From the human T2T-CHM13v2.0 reference genome, Homo sapiens, in NCBI RefSeq assembly GCF_009914755.1, contig NC_060927.1: a stretch of DNA of 64,000 nucleotides. One strand, given 5' to 3'. The translations under genes and the position numbers were made by a program. A model generated the notes under the pieces. The model ran no database searches. It saw nothing but the letters and a program-made list of their open reading frames with translations, and was not told the DNA's origin. Below are positions 14,203 through 28,908 of the stretch, one piece after another. Position 1 is the stretch's first letter. The number at the start of each line of letters is the position of its first letter.

Positions 14203-14507
14203 TTTTTGTCGTTGTTGTTTAGACAGGGTCTTTCTCTGTCACCAAAGCTGGAATGCAGTGACACAATCATGGCTTAATGCAACCTTGACATCTTAGGCTC
14301 AAGCCATTCTCCCACCTCAGACTCCTGAGTAGGTGGGACTACAGATGTGCACCGCCACACCTGGCTATTTTGTTTTGTTTTGTTTTTGTAAAGACAGAGG
14401 GTCTCACTGTGTTACCCAGGCTTGTCTCAAACTCCTGGTCTGAAGTGATCCTCTTGCCTCAGCCTCCCAAAGTGGTGGGATTAGAGGTGTGGCAAACATG
14501 CCTGGCC
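14203..14507 (-). mobile_element. AluJ
   Basis: J-type acagggtct...caatcatggct...ggctcaagccattctcccacctcag...tgttacccaggc. Confidence 0.92.
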
Positions 14508-15152
14508 TGACAAACAGTATTTTTTTATTTGGTTTTTGCTTCACGCTTTAATTTCTTGTTTTTAAAATATAATCAAATAAATATATCTACACACAGAAAC
14601 ATGTGCATAAATACACATGTTTTATTCCTCTCTTAGAATACGATTCAAATATTTTGCAAATTACTTAATATTCCATAACATATCTACACATATCCATAAT
14701 ACTCTATGAGATCTTCCCCATTAAATTTGCAGCAGCATTGCGTAGCTATGCCACAGTTTATTTAGCTAATTCATTCTTCAAAGACTTTTGAGTTATTTGC
14801 AATATTTTGTTGTTAAAAATAGAGCTATTTTGCACAATTTTTGCATGGGTTATTCCATATTTTCATTTGAGATAGATTCCTAAAATGATCATTCTGGGTT
14901 GAAAAAAAACTTATATGAAATATTAAATTTCAACAATTATCTCCTTGTTGGATTTTATACCAATAAGATAGGGTGTCAAACTTTGCAATATTTGACATAT
15001 ATGAGAACTAATTCATTTTAGCTTTAATAAGATTTTCTTAGAGTGAAGTTGATCATCTTTTTGTATGTTTAAAAACCATTCATCCTTTCTTTTCCTGTTT
15101 CTAGTTCATTTATTTCCCATTATTCTCTTAGGTTGGTGGAGAGTTTTATATA

Positions 15153-15471
15153 CAGTTATGCACTATACAGTTATATTTTGGTCAAAAATTCACGGCACAT
15201 AAGGCAGTGATCAAATAAGATTATAATACAATTTTTTCTATCTTTTTTATGTTTATACATAAATACTTAAGACTGTGTTGTAATTGCCTGTTGTATTTAG
15301 TACAGTAACATGCTACACAAGTTTGTAGCCTAGGAGCAATAGGCCAAACCATATAGCCTAGGTGTATAGTAGGCTATACCATCTAGGTTTGTGTGAGTAC
15401 ACTCTAAGATATTTGCACAACAACAAAATTGCCTAACAACATATTTCCCTTTATTAAGTGACACATGATTG
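15153..15471 (-). mobile_element. Tigger3a/MER7A-type MITE
   Basis: ta|cagttatg ... catgattg|ta termini, with internal tagcctaggagcaataggc...tagcctaggtgtatagtaggctatacc. Confidence 0.85.
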
Positions 15472-18400
15472 TATTATGCATAATACATTTTTCTTTGTGG
15501 TATATTTGTAATTTTTTTGTTTTCTTTTTTTTTTTTTCCCCCTGTCCTTTTTGTCTGATAAACCTGTTTGGTAGCAACAGCCACAGTCATCAGTTGCTTT
15601 CTCTCTCTCCCTACCTCCCATTCCCCATCATTAACTACTTGTCTTCCAAAGTACTAGATCAAAAATAAACAACAAACAAACAAATAAACAAACTGATTAT
15701 CATCTTTTACTGGCATTACCCAAACTTTATAAACTAACTGAGAGGCATGATAAGTATGATAACAAAGTATATTTTACGTTTGATCTAGTTTACTTTTATT
15801 TCCTAACAAAATATTTTGTCGTTATCTCATATTGTTTTTACACAGTTCCTATGTTTATTCTGATAGTTTTTGCTGAGTCTTCTTAAATGAGTACTTTTTT
15901 ATCCATTATATTTTAATAGAATTTTTTTTAAACATGGAGTCTCTTGGATTCACTAATTTAATATGCCGCTACTTGACTATATTTTCTTGTTAGTAGTATT
16001 TTTTTCATTAATTTGTTTGGGTTTTCGAAATATTTTTAAATAATATCTGTCGATAGAAATCATTTTACTTTGCCACTTATTTTTGCATCTAATTGCATTT
16101 TTCCGTGTAATTGCACTGGCCACTGCCTATAAATCAAGGTTCTGTGTTAGGAAAAAGTTAGAAAAACATTCTTGACATATTCCTAAGAAGGATCTGATAT
16201 TTCCTCATTATGGAATCGTTACGTGAACAGTTCAATTTCTTATGATCATATTTTGGAAAAAAAAAAAAAAAAACTCCTGTCATTGGCATTGGTCCCATTT
16301 CTCTCACTAATCCAACCAGATATTCAAGTTTCAGGGACTGGGAATAATGTAAATGTAGTGAAGGAATGAGCTTGGCTACACCCTCTTCTTATCACTTGCC
16401 CTTTCTTACCTTTTCTCCTACCCTCAGCCCTCACCTTTACAACTTCTGGGTGAGCATCCGGTACCAGCGTCACTGAGACAGTTTATTCGTTGTGTTTTCC
16501 TTTACTACTTACATTTCAAATACCAAGAATATTAAAAGCTCTTTTACCAGTGATAAGAATTTGATTTAGGGGAGAAGAAATTGTTTTTTAGGAACCAGAG
16601 AGGCCTGTGAAAGTGATAGGAGGACACTAGCCCATCTGCTAAGAATGTTTTATCTCCTGTGTGTGTGTGGTGTATACTTGTCTCAGAGTCCTTACAGGAA
16701 GACCAGATGATTGAACCAAAGAAGACACAGATTTTTTTCCAGGATTTCCTGGTGCAAAACATATTTTAGCATTTACAAATCTCCCTGAAACCACAGAATT
16801 GTATGAAAATATATATAAAATTCATGAATCATAATCTAACAACTATAAGATCACTAGCTTTATGTAGAAGCCCAAATTCCTCCTACTATTACAATGTCAT
16901 TCTCTGGAAACATTTAAACTTACCCATTTGACCAAAGGGAACATCATTCCAAGATCTTGGTTGAGGCCCGTCTCCAGACTTTATAAAACATACAGAAGAT
17001 CAGGATGGCATGTTGTCACCTGCAATGTCTCTGAATGTTGCCTTGCTTGGTGAGTTATTGGAAATCGGCTCAGACCTTATGGCCTCTGTCCATCCACCTT
17101 CTGGGGATAAAACTAGAGAGCCAGTCCTTGTTTTGATTGGCACATCTTTCTAAAGTCCTCTGTGCTCCTTACTTACTAGAATTCTGCTAACACTTTTCCT
17201 TCTCCATAGAATGATACTGAGTAACAACACTGCTAAATTAAATGTAGGTATATGCTTGGCATATTTTTTGGCACAATTCTTAAATACTTGCAAAAGTATT
17301 TTATTCATCTGTTATCATTTTGCAGATGTGGTTATTTTCAAGGATATTTATTGCTTTCTGTGAGAACAATGTTTGTACAATTAGGGAGAATATATGTAAG
17401 TAACCAGACACAGGGAGGAAACAGAGCAGGCAGTTAGCAATAACCAGCATGCAGCCCATTGCTGGAAAGGAAAGATACAGTGGTGTTAACATATGGAAAG
17501 TATACCAATGTATATCAAATACAGTAACAAAGTATAAATAAATATATAGATGTTTATGAATGTGTGTATAAATACATTATATATAATGCATATACATGAC
17601 ATAAACTATAAAATTAAAAACTATACAAATTTTAAAGTACACATATTGTATGAATGTCTGGATATTATGTTATATATGTTTATGTACATATTTATGTACA
17701 TATGCATATTAATATAAATAAAATATATGTGTATTAATGGACCAGTGCAGTCGCTCTTTAGGTTAACACACACAACAACAATTCTCGTTGTATTTAACAA
17801 TGTTTCTAACTTCCTTATCCTAAATTGGCTGTTTTTCATAATTAAAATGTCAATGCCTTTCAATTTAAAACTTTCCCTTAGAATTTTCATTAAAATACAT
17901 CAGGTCCTTTAATGTGTATATTGGAGCCTAAAGGTCTTCTAAGAAAAAGGGTTCAGAGGTTTTCTTTTTTTTTTAATGATACTTTTTAAAATTTAATACT
18001 ATAAAGTATTATAATACTGGAGGTCAAGATGAATTAATGTAACAATTTCCTTCTTAATGTTTGTCTAATCCACAAAGGAAATTATGAAAATATTGGAAAA
18101 TATAAAAATGTGTTCTTAAGAATGATTAAGTAAAACTAAATGTCAATATAAAGGTGCTTGTAATCGTGTATTGTCTGAACCAAAATTAAAATTTTTTAGG
18201 TGAGAAATTGAGACCCTAATACAATACTGTCATGTGAAACTATTAACGTTCTATTATAATTCATTCTTCATATCAGAAATTAAGCCTACAAAAGGGAGAC
18301 AGAAACAACTTTCTCTTTGGGGCTGCTATCTTTGTCAATTTAACACTTGAGGTAGAGTGAGAGAAGGGGTTACTATTAGGATAGTAATATATGTAATGTG

Positions 18401-19395
18401 AGAATAATATAATTAAACTGTAATATGAAGATTAGTTATCCTATTTTATATGTAGACTTTCTGTTAGCCCTTTTTCCTCTCTGCCTCTCACCTCTACCAA
18501 CTATTAAACCTGTTGGTTTGGAGACAAGAGTCTTTTCAATGTCCTGTTTGGCAGATTGAATCCTAATACTTCTTTTATTTTCACTTTTAATGATCTTTTA
18601 TTTAATAATAAAATGAAAAATAAGAATACTGTAATACATACAATCTATATACATATATTTATTGCAAATACTTAAAATTTTTTATGTAAATATTTTTATA
18701 TTTGTGAAAAAATATAATTTTGTAGTGGTGTTGATACCAGCTTCTCTGTACATATCCTAAATTCCAGTGTTAACAATTGCTTCAAAAATGTAAGACTCAA
18801 AAGTCTAGTATTTACCAAACCAGTCTGTACAAACCTTACAGCCAGAGGGGAGAAAAATATCTTGTGGTTAATAATTCAATTTTCTTTAAAATAAAAAATA
18901 AATTCCAAAAGTATTCTTCTCCTTATTGCATTGTTTTTGGAGATATTCTGAGTGTCTTTAGAGTAACTTTGAAATAATTTGTGCCTTAACAGTGAGGTCC
19001 TACGTTAAACAACAGTACCTATAAACTTATTGAAAGAGAACAGTAGGTAAGACGTTTCCTAAATTTGAAGCAATAGCTTCATAGATTCTTGGTTACTTTA
19101 TTTTTTTAATGCTTTACATTGAATGTCGCTATTAAAGATCAGTTTTAATAATAGTTTTCAAGTTATAAACTTTAAGTAATATATATTTTAATATCTATGT
19201 AAAATGGGACAACAGGAGACTGAAATTCTCATATGTGTTATATTTAGTGTTGTATCCCAATATTTCCAAAGCAGTTTGCTCTTTCCTCCATTCCCTATCA
19301 GTTAGTCAAAGTAAAGCTAACCGTGTAGAAGGTAAAATCTGGAATTTCACTTATAGAAAGTTCCTAAAACTATTTGATCAGATCGTTTTAAGTTT

Positions 19396-19628
19396 TATAT
19401 GTGTGTGTGTGTGTGCATGTATAGATATAGTATATATGTATGTATACATGTGTGTATATACACATATATACATATTTATATTTGTATACAAATATGTATA
19501 TATATACACACATGTATATTTGTATACAAATATGTATATATATACACATGTGTATATATACACATGTATATTTGTATACATATATATATATACACATATA
19601 TATATATGTATATGTATATATATATATA
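19396..19628. repeat. (TG)n/(TA)n compound repeat with a ~38-bp higher-order unit
   Basis: The unit containing atatttgtatacaaatat recurs at 19478 and 19516, and partly at 19568. Confidence 0.9.
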
Positions 19629-20372
19629 CTGGACAAGAATCCAAAGGACGTGAATGCTTGAGAAAAGAGTAAGAGAAATCTTGAGACTGAAAGCATAACT
19701 CACTCAAAATCTCACATGTTAAATGAATAATATCAATGCAAAATGTATGTGAGTTTTAACAAAAGAATCATAACTTCGTTAGTGAAAAATATGAGATTTG
19801 TAAGAGAAGGAATAACAGTGAGAGAAATATGAATAAACAAATTATGGGGGTGATAACAATGTTCAACACTGTTTTTATGTTTCGAATTCTATTTATGTCA
19901 ACACAAAGATAATCGTTTTTTCTATATAGAATTTCTATAGCAGTCTTTATAATGTTAATTAATTGGTTCTGTGACAAGTAAAACCCCTATAGGTTAAAAA
20001 TTAACACCACTGGTAATAGAAGAGAAGCTATATTCCGAAATGAAATCTTAATCAGATATACTTTATGTATAGGCTTAACTAGTAAAACAACAAAGAATAG
20101 ACAAACTAAATTATTTCTCCCAATGGGAAATTTCCCTTGTAAACCTTAGCCACCATATAATTGATATACAGAAAATGCCAGATGCTTATACATCAACATC
20201 AATTTATTTCTGTATATTTCATGCCTTTGAAATTTTAAAATTGTTTGTATTAAATCTGAGGGGTTTTACTTTTTTGGCTAAGAGCATTAAAATCTCTTCT
20301 AGAGGAAAATGCCTTGAATCATTAAAAATATTACTATACTGGCAAATTTTCAGCCTCTACTGCACTGTACCA

Positions 20373-20560
20373 GTGTAATGGAGCAAGTACTTCCAATGCT
20401 GACCCAGTTTCACATGGATTCTAGTTGTGCATTAATTCTGCTGCCTTTGGGCAAAGCTTAAACTCTTTGGGACTTGTTCATGTATTTCTTATAAAATTAA
20501 GTAAGGTAAACTTTGCAAATTATAGTGTGCATAAATATTATTATTATTATTACCATTTAA
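20373..20560 (+). mobile_element. MIR fragment
   Basis: Decayed core ctttgggcaaagcttaaactctttgg and a (tat)n-like end. Confidence 0.4.
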
Positions 20561-22059
20561 GTTGTGTGTGGGACTAGATCATTTTTACTGTTTTCAAAAT
20601 TTTCAACATTTTATAATTTTTCTAAAGACAGTGCCATGATTTCTTAGTGTTAAAAGTCTAAGATACAAAAAAAAATTGTGTGGAATTCATTATGAGAAGA
20701 TTTTCAGTCTCAGAATTCAGAAAACAGAAATTACTATGTTATCGAATCATATTAAAATGTTCTCTCAGCACATAATCTTACTCTTCAAGTTAGCATATGG
20801 AATGTTGCTTAATGATCAGGGCGTTTGCACTTCTTTTTGACTGTAAAAAATAATGATCTTTCACTGTAATAAAATATTCCACTATTGCATAGTCTGTGTT
20901 TTATGAATTACTCTACACACATTTTGTGTCAATTATGGGCCACAGAATAAAAGGTAACACTTCAGCCTTCAGGCTGAATCATTTATTTAGAGCTCACTGA
21001 TGTGTTCTTAATTCAATTTGACGTCTTTCTCTACCCACAGTTTGTGAGGAGAGTGATGCAAACATTTTTCTTCATTGGCTGTGGCTGGAGAATGCATCAA
21101 CATGACAAATATTTTATATGAAAAAAGGGTAAAGCCTTGCGATTTACAATATATTTCTCTCAAAGAGAAACAAAGATAATCACAGTAATATTTATAACGT
21201 TTCTCTTATCTTAAAGGAGCCTCCAAGCACTTTAGAAATGTTAATGATAATCTGGTTATCCACATAACCAGGGCTTCACATCTCCCATCACTAAAACAAA
21301 ATTATGTTTAACAGTCTGCGAGGATGACAGACCCTGAAGAAAGCTCTGTTGAATTAATGATTGCATGTGTAAGGCTGCAAAGGGAGTTCTGTTTACTCCA
21401 AACTGCCTATGCTGAAACGTATATCCATCATAGAATCTCTGCATATGTAAAATATGATGGCTAGCATATCATTCACCTGCTCTCAGATGAAAGTATTGAT
21501 GAGGTATCACAAAATACTCTGCCCCACACCATCTGGTAACAGAGATGGCATTTGCCTATTATTAATAATGAGAACACGAATAATCATTTAACAGTATTTA
21601 CTGTGCTTAGGTAAATTAACATTGTTTTGTTTCTTCTGCATATTTAAAATAATTAAATCTTTAGGACCTTCTATTAATGGCCCCATAGAACAATACAAGC
21701 ATAGCTATAATTTCCAAAATAGAAATAAATATTCATACATGGTCTATGAGTGTCCTCACATGTAATATATGGCTAACTCAGACAATGATATGTTGCACAT
21801 TCTATAATGATTAACAGCATTGCTTGCACAATTACAAACAAATGTTGAGATTTTATAAATACACATGCACACATGTATAATCCATATATACATGTATGTT
21901 TAATATATATTGATAGTTTTGTTATGCTTCAATTTGTATCGTGTGGTATTATTCACCTCACAACCGCTAGTAGTTATAAATGAAAAAAGTTTATGCAAAA
22001 CTGTATTTCAGTTTTTTAAAAATATCATTCATTATCTAGCTATTTTGTGGCCAAATTTT

Positions 22060-22340
22060 GTTCATTCATGTCTTCATTCATTCAGTAATTATTAGAACCT
22101 GTTCTAGGCATTAGGCATTTAAAGAGAAATATGATGCATTCCATATCTTCTGGGAGATCATAGTCTCCTGGGAAAGATAAATATAAAAATGGTAAATAGA
22201 GCTCCATAAGAACACCAAACAGGCAGCCCATAACTCTAAAAGATGAGGCAAGGGCAATTTTACAGAGGAGGCAGTACTCGAATTGGATCTTGAAGATTGA
22301 GTAGGTGATGTCAGTCTAAGCAAGCATTCCTGTCAGGTCC
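22060..22340 (-). mobile_element. L2 3' fragment
   Basis: (ttca)n end, then ggagatcatagtct and ggatcttgaagattgagtagg. Confidence 0.6.
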
Positions 22341-23184
22341 TAATTGTAAAGTTAAAACATATTTCCAGCATTCACTAACATAAAGATATAGCTCCAGAAA
22401 TATCGAGTTAAAAATGGATGAACCTCAGTATGAGTTCCAACAAAATGTAAACAAAGTGACCAACTGAAATACATTGTCCTGCCTTTGACACTCATACATA
22501 CCAGGATAGAATTAGACTTAAAATTAGCTTTTGAAAACAGGGTGCTATACCCCCAGGTCTACAACACTTTCACACGCCATATGCCCATTTACCTTTAGGT
22601 ACAACTCATAATCACATTGATGATTTATTTTAAATTTCATATGCGACCATTTTATTTTTCTGACTCTTGTCCTAATCCACTAACTAATCTGCTAATATAA
22701 AGTCCCACTTACCTGCATGCCTATCAAGCTTCCTCCATAACCTCAGGATAAGTGAGCTACCATGTGATGTTTCTATTTCTTTCCTCTTATTTTTCTTTCC
22801 TCTTTTTCTCTCGGTACTGATACGTGCCTTGCACACCTCTGCTGTTTCTGCTAGACATGATTATAATTTAACTGGACCCAACAACTCCATCTGCCTTTGA
22901 TGGAAACAACCATAACTTCTTCCAGGTTCCTACAATAAATGTCTGTTTTATGCTGCTGCTAACACATAATAACTCTCCTGGTTCTAAAGCTGTTTGGCAA
23001 TTTATTGGTACATCAGACAGACTAAGCTCATTATGCCTAGTTTGTTTCCCTAGGTGTTTAATTCATTCCCAGAAGGTTTCTTCATCGCCTATGTCAATAA
23101 ATTAATGTCAGGTCACAAACTGACTGGATAGTACCTGTCACCTGAAATTCCAGAAGCAAACAGGAAAAAAAATGTATAGGTAGA

Positions 23185-23644
23185 TGTTATGGACTGAATT
23201 CTATCCTCCAAAAAGACATGATGAAATCCCAGTCCCCAGCACTCCAGAATATGACCTTATTTGGAAACAGAATGTTCAGAGAGCTATGCAAGTTAAAATG
23301 AAGTCATTAGCATGGGCCTTGATCCAGTATGACTGCTGGCTTTTTATATGGGAGAAATTTAAACACAGAGACAGATATGCACAGAGGCAAGATGATGTGC
23401 AGAGATACAGGGAAAGGTTACCTGAAGATGAAGCAGAGATTGTAGCAATGCATGTAACGAGTCAAAGACTGACAGCAAACCACCAAAAGTTAAGAGAAAG
23501 TCATGGAACAAATTCTCTCTCACAACCCCCAAAAAGAACCTAACCTGCCATCACCTTGATTTCAAACGGGAGTACAATAAATTTGTACTGTTTAAGACAC
23601 CAGTTTGTAGCACTTTGTTACAGCACCCTTAGAAAACTTATACA
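23185..23644 (+). mobile_element. MaLR solo LTR (MLT1C-like)
   Basis: tgttatggactgaatt...gaccttatttggaaa...gttacagcacccttagaaaacttataca; 5-bp TSD gtaga/ataga. Confidence 0.88.
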
Positions 23645-24638
23645 ATAGAACCCAGTTCCACTTCCCCTTCTTCAATATGGATTAGTATATCATGCTGCAG
23701 AAATAAATGTCTGTTTTCCTTTCCATGAGATGTAAGATTTAGAGGTGGTAGTTACTATGTTTTATACATTTAAGTTTCTTTGGAGCTCTAGCCCATTATT
23801 TTGAACACAGCAGAAGTGAAATTAATTTTGCTAAATATATTTTAAAGCGGAAGAATTCACTGAAGCTATTGAATAAAATAATTCTTTGTTCCATAAGGAA
23901 AGAAAATCAGCAATAAATTGATGTAAACAGTCATGGAAAAACAAAATTATTTAATTCCATTTTGTTTAATATATATCTACACATATACTCATAGTTTTCC
24001 AAAATCACTAGTGTTTATGACCATGAATTTTCAATGAAAGCAGATATATTTTATATAAATGCCCTAATGCCTATGCATTTATTAATATAATGTTATGAGA
24101 GCTTGTTTACTTCATGAATATTAACTATGGTTTCAATCTCACTTTATATTAATATAACTGAACATACAATGTTGATTTTTACATTGTTCTGTATTACATC
24201 ATAATACTTTTTAGCAACAATAAATCTAGCTTGATTTAGAATACATTAATACAAGCAGAACTACAAATTAATTTGAAGGTTAGTAAATACTTCAAAACCA
24301 CAATGCAACAGACTAATAGGCCCTAGTATACTATGAATTGTCTGTATTGTTATTACTGAAGCTTTTATTAGCTCTCCTCTAAGCAGACTCATTTGACTGA
24401 AAGAAAATTGGTTCATAATGTGTCACCTATTATGTTGTACTTTAAGGAAAGGAATGTCAGATTTGTACAGGGCCACTGTGAAGAAGAAGAGTGGTTATAT
24501 ACATTTCTTATAGGAAGTCCGAGGTAATTTAGACAACTAACTTTTCTCCCACTATAAGTAAACACATTATTGATGATGTCTCTGTGAACAGATACTTTGA
24601 GCAAATTCCCCTTAAGTTTTTTAAATGTAAAATATATA

Positions 24639-24665
24639 TTACGTTGGTGCAAAAGTAATCACAGG
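24639..24665 (+). mobile_element. Solo Hsmar1/MADE1 terminal inverted repeat
   Basis: ta|ttacgttggtgcaaaagtaatcacagg versus the TIR ttaggttggtgcaaaagtaattgcgg. Confidence 0.75.
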
Positions 24666-25488
24666 GAAAGAGATTCTAGAGAAGGTCAACTTAAAAAATA
24701 ATCCTAAACCTTTTGATTAACCCATAGGATGATTTGACCAAGCTTTTTCATTTTCAGCTATCTCTTTCTGCCATCTTATAGCAATGGAAATCTTACAATG
24801 TATAGTTGGTGAGGAGCAGTAGAGGATGAATACTATATGGAGCTAATTTTTTGCTCTGTGATCCTGGTTTCTTTTCTCATTAGCACAAGGTCAAATATTC
24901 AGTTATCTTCCCTGTGTTTGAAGTTCAAAGTGAATGTTAGCTGAAACAATGGCCTGAATTCCTGTCAGAAAATCTGCAGACCACAAATGAAATCAATTTG
25001 TATAATTAAGCACAAGCCATGCAGCTCAAATTAACAGTCAATAAATTTAGTCATGTAAAATTATAGCAAGAGTAAAAATTCTCAAAAGCTAATTTTAAGA
25101 TTATGTAAAAAAAATTTTTTACATAAAATAAATCTTTTGGGAAAACAATTTGATTTCTGACTGACAATGATGAAGGGCAGAAATAAAACTGATTAACAGT
25201 GACTGCTGATAACTTTTTGGAAATTATTATATGATTTTCCTGAAAAACCAACACATACTCTGTGGTAATTGGAAGCCTACTCTGTGAGCTGCTATGATAG
25301 GTAGGTAGCTGCGACATATAAGATGAACAACTGAGATCAACTCAATACAAATGTAATTTCTAGAAAACTGGGATAATAAATGTAAAATGAGGGCTGAACT
25401 TAGGTAGTTTCAGACTACACATGTTTGAAGGAGGTATTCATCCACCAAACCCTCGTAGTTATTTTTATCTCATAATTATTTTTCTTAG

Positions 25489-25879
<391 letters not shown>

Positions 25880-26104
25880 TAAATTTATTTAAACATTAGA
25901 GCCACTTGAATTAAAATTAAGTCTTTAAAAACTTGTCAATAAAATCTGGACAGGTGAAGAAATCAGTGAAGTTCACTGTCTCTGAGGTGGGCCTTAATGC
26001 AGCTTTCGGAACATATTTTATAAAAGCAAATAAGTTAAACAAAAGGAAATAATTATAAGTGAAGCTTGTGTTCACATTTAAATTTTTCACTTTTACATAA
26101 TAGT

Positions 26105-26310
26105 GCATAAAATTTGTTGAGTGATCATTTAACACCAAACTTTCTTCATGCATTATTTCATTTAATATTCCAACAATTTAATGTAGGAGGCCATCTTAAT
26201 ATCTCCAATTTTATAATGACGAGTTAAGTAATTATGTCGTGCAACTGCTAAGTAATGGAGAGGATTTTGAACCAAAAGATTGACACCAGAACCTATATAA
26301 TTAAGTCACG
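26105..26310 (-). mobile_element. MIR fragment
   Basis: catgcattatttcatttaat...ctccaatttta...gttaagtaatt...ggattttgaacc. Confidence 0.6.
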
Positions 26311-26598
26311 ATGCTTTTCAGAAAACTTGAGCATCCTAATTACCTCTCTTACTGGCATTTGCTTTGCCTTTAATTTCAGAGTAGAAACATTTATAATATA
26401 AATTACAAATTGAAAATACAATGCAAAAGCAAATTGTTAATATGGCAATCTAACAGTCTAACAACTTCAGTATGTTAGAGCTAGTATATTCTAGCTCTTC
26501 AGTATGTTCAGCACTCTACACTAGCATGTTATGAGAATAACTATGTAATATTCACTTCAATTTTGATTTAATGAAAATACACACTTGCCCGCTTATAG

Positions 26599-26913
<315 letters not shown>

Positions 26914-28746
26914 CAGTACTTTCCTTTTAAGTGTAGCTGCAAGCCTCAGTGCTTTCCAAAACAAAAGTTTCCATGTTTCCCTCTTCATTACTTTTGTTTC
27001 TTGTAAGCATTCTGTGTGCTTTATTTTAGCTTATTATTAATTAATTAATTGCTTTATTATTTCATATTATGTGTTCTGCATAATGATTTACTTCCAGCGT
27101 TTAGATACTAATTATATATACTATGTGTTTTTATATTTCCTCCAAGATTGTGCTGTGTAACTTTAAGGTAGTCATGTCAACTCTGGCCTACAGATTTCAC
27201 AAATTATCAGACTGGTCTGAGTAGTTCCCACAATTCTTCTTAGCTCTGAATGTTATAGTCTAAATCACCTTCTTCCCAAAGGGGCGAGACCTAGATGATT
27301 TTGGCCAACTGCATGAAGAGCACACTGTAATAGGTACTTGTCATAATAGACTCTATTTTTTAGACTTGGAGACAAAGAGAGTGGAGAAACCCTGAGTGTG
27401 CTGGCTCCTAGAGACAGGTCAATACAGTCAGTTGTCATTCATGCAGCCCAATGAATAATTCTCTCTTTGAGAGATGAGTATATTAAATTTCAGTGAGATT
27501 TTGTCTAATTCACAAGTCTGTCTTTGCTCATTTTTTTCCATGAACTTTTATTAAAATAAGTAACTTTTCCAATGGTCAAAAAACCAAATAATTGTAATAA
27601 ATAAACTTCAACAAAATATTATAATTTAAATAGTTACTTTTTTATGCTATTTATTTTCCACATTTCATCTCATATTAATATTATTAAGCTTATATTTACT
27701 ATACTTGTAAGTAGTTTAAATTATTCATTTGTACATGTTTCACAGTGAGGTGTTTCACTTGTCTGTACCCAAAAGTTGTATGCTAAACTGTTAAAATAAA
27801 ATAAAAAGGAGACAACAGAAAAAAAAAGGTAAAGTTTTGGTAAAGTTTTATAAAGTATATCTTTTGGAAACTGTTTTTTAGATTATGGTTTGACACTGAA
27901 AGAATGATGGCTGTAGTTATAAAGTTTCAGAACTTATTAAGCTGACTTTGAACTATAAATTAGTAAATTACTCGAAGTGACATAAAATAATAAGAACTGA
28001 AAAGAAAAATAAGTAAAAGTAGCTCAAGTAATGTCAATTTTTAAAAGTTGGTCTTACAATATACTTTGTATATCTGTAAGAATTTATCCTTAGACTAAGT
28101 CACCGTTTTCCAAGAGCAATTAGTGAGATTTTCCCAACACAATAAAAATCATGTTATTTAACACTCTCATCTGACTGTATAAAAGGAAAAGTGGAACAAG
28201 GAAATATGTCCCAGACCACCAGCAACAAGCTCTGCTATTCAAATATCCAAAAAATGAAACCCAAAATAATTCATATATCATCAAAGCAATTGCTTTCTCA
28301 AGCCAATCTCCCCTAAAATTTTATATTTGAAAACTATACTTGGAATATTTTCTAAATTGAATAAAAGATCTCTTTTCCTCATGATGGGCATGAGAAAATC
28401 AAGAAATATTTTCACCAACAATAATAAACATTTTCTCTGGCTCATGCTTTAATTATTTGCATTCCAGTGGTCATTCTTTACTGCAGATGGAGTGTAAAAT
28501 AGTTTATAGATGAGTTTCTCACATGCATCTACTTATTAAATTTTCTTTCTTTCACTAGTTATATATCATATTACTTGCAATATTTCCTGTAACAATAAGT
28601 TAATATTAATCAAACAGTAAATTAATATTAATATCCTTTGACAATAAATTAATATTCATAAATATTTCCTTTAATAATAAATAAATTACAATAAACATTG
28701 TGATTTTTATGAATCAGATGGAAAAGTCCTAAGATCAATAATTTAA

Positions 28747-28908
28747 GCCATATGTGGTCATCTGAGACTGTAATCTCAGTTACTCAGGAGGCTGAAGTGG
28801 GAGAATTGCTTGAGCCCAGGAGTTCCAGGTTACAGTGACCTATGATAGCACACGTGAGGCCTTACGTGATGTTTCACTCGCCTGGATGAAAGGAAGATGA
28901 CTTATCCT
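28747..28908 (+). mobile_element. FAM-like Alu monomer
   Basis: ctgtaatctcagttactcaggaggctgaagtgggagaattgcttgagcccaggagtt...ctatgatagcacacgtga matches FAM CTATGATCGCGCCTGTGA; the 3' part is decayed. Confidence 0.7.

Larger units (their letters stand above)
13350..16200 (-). mobile_element. Fragmented ancient L1 (L1ME-like), interrupted by Alus and Tigger3a
   Basis: Reverse-strand L1 remnants (atgccacagtttatttagc, agtgaagttgatcatctttttgtatgttt, taattgcactggcc). Boundaries are approximate. Confidence 0.5.

Noticed and set aside
16300-16800. Possible old LTR on the minus strand (AATAAA near 16485)
   Set aside because: No termini, TSD or family could be recognised.
19235-19707. Six overlapping Y/I/V/C/H-rich ORFs
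   Set aside because: Stop-free frames caused by the (TA/TG)n repeat.
28580-28700. Degenerate ~30-bp AT-rich tandem units (acaataaattaatatt)
   Set aside because: Decayed low-complexity minisatellite with no further structure.
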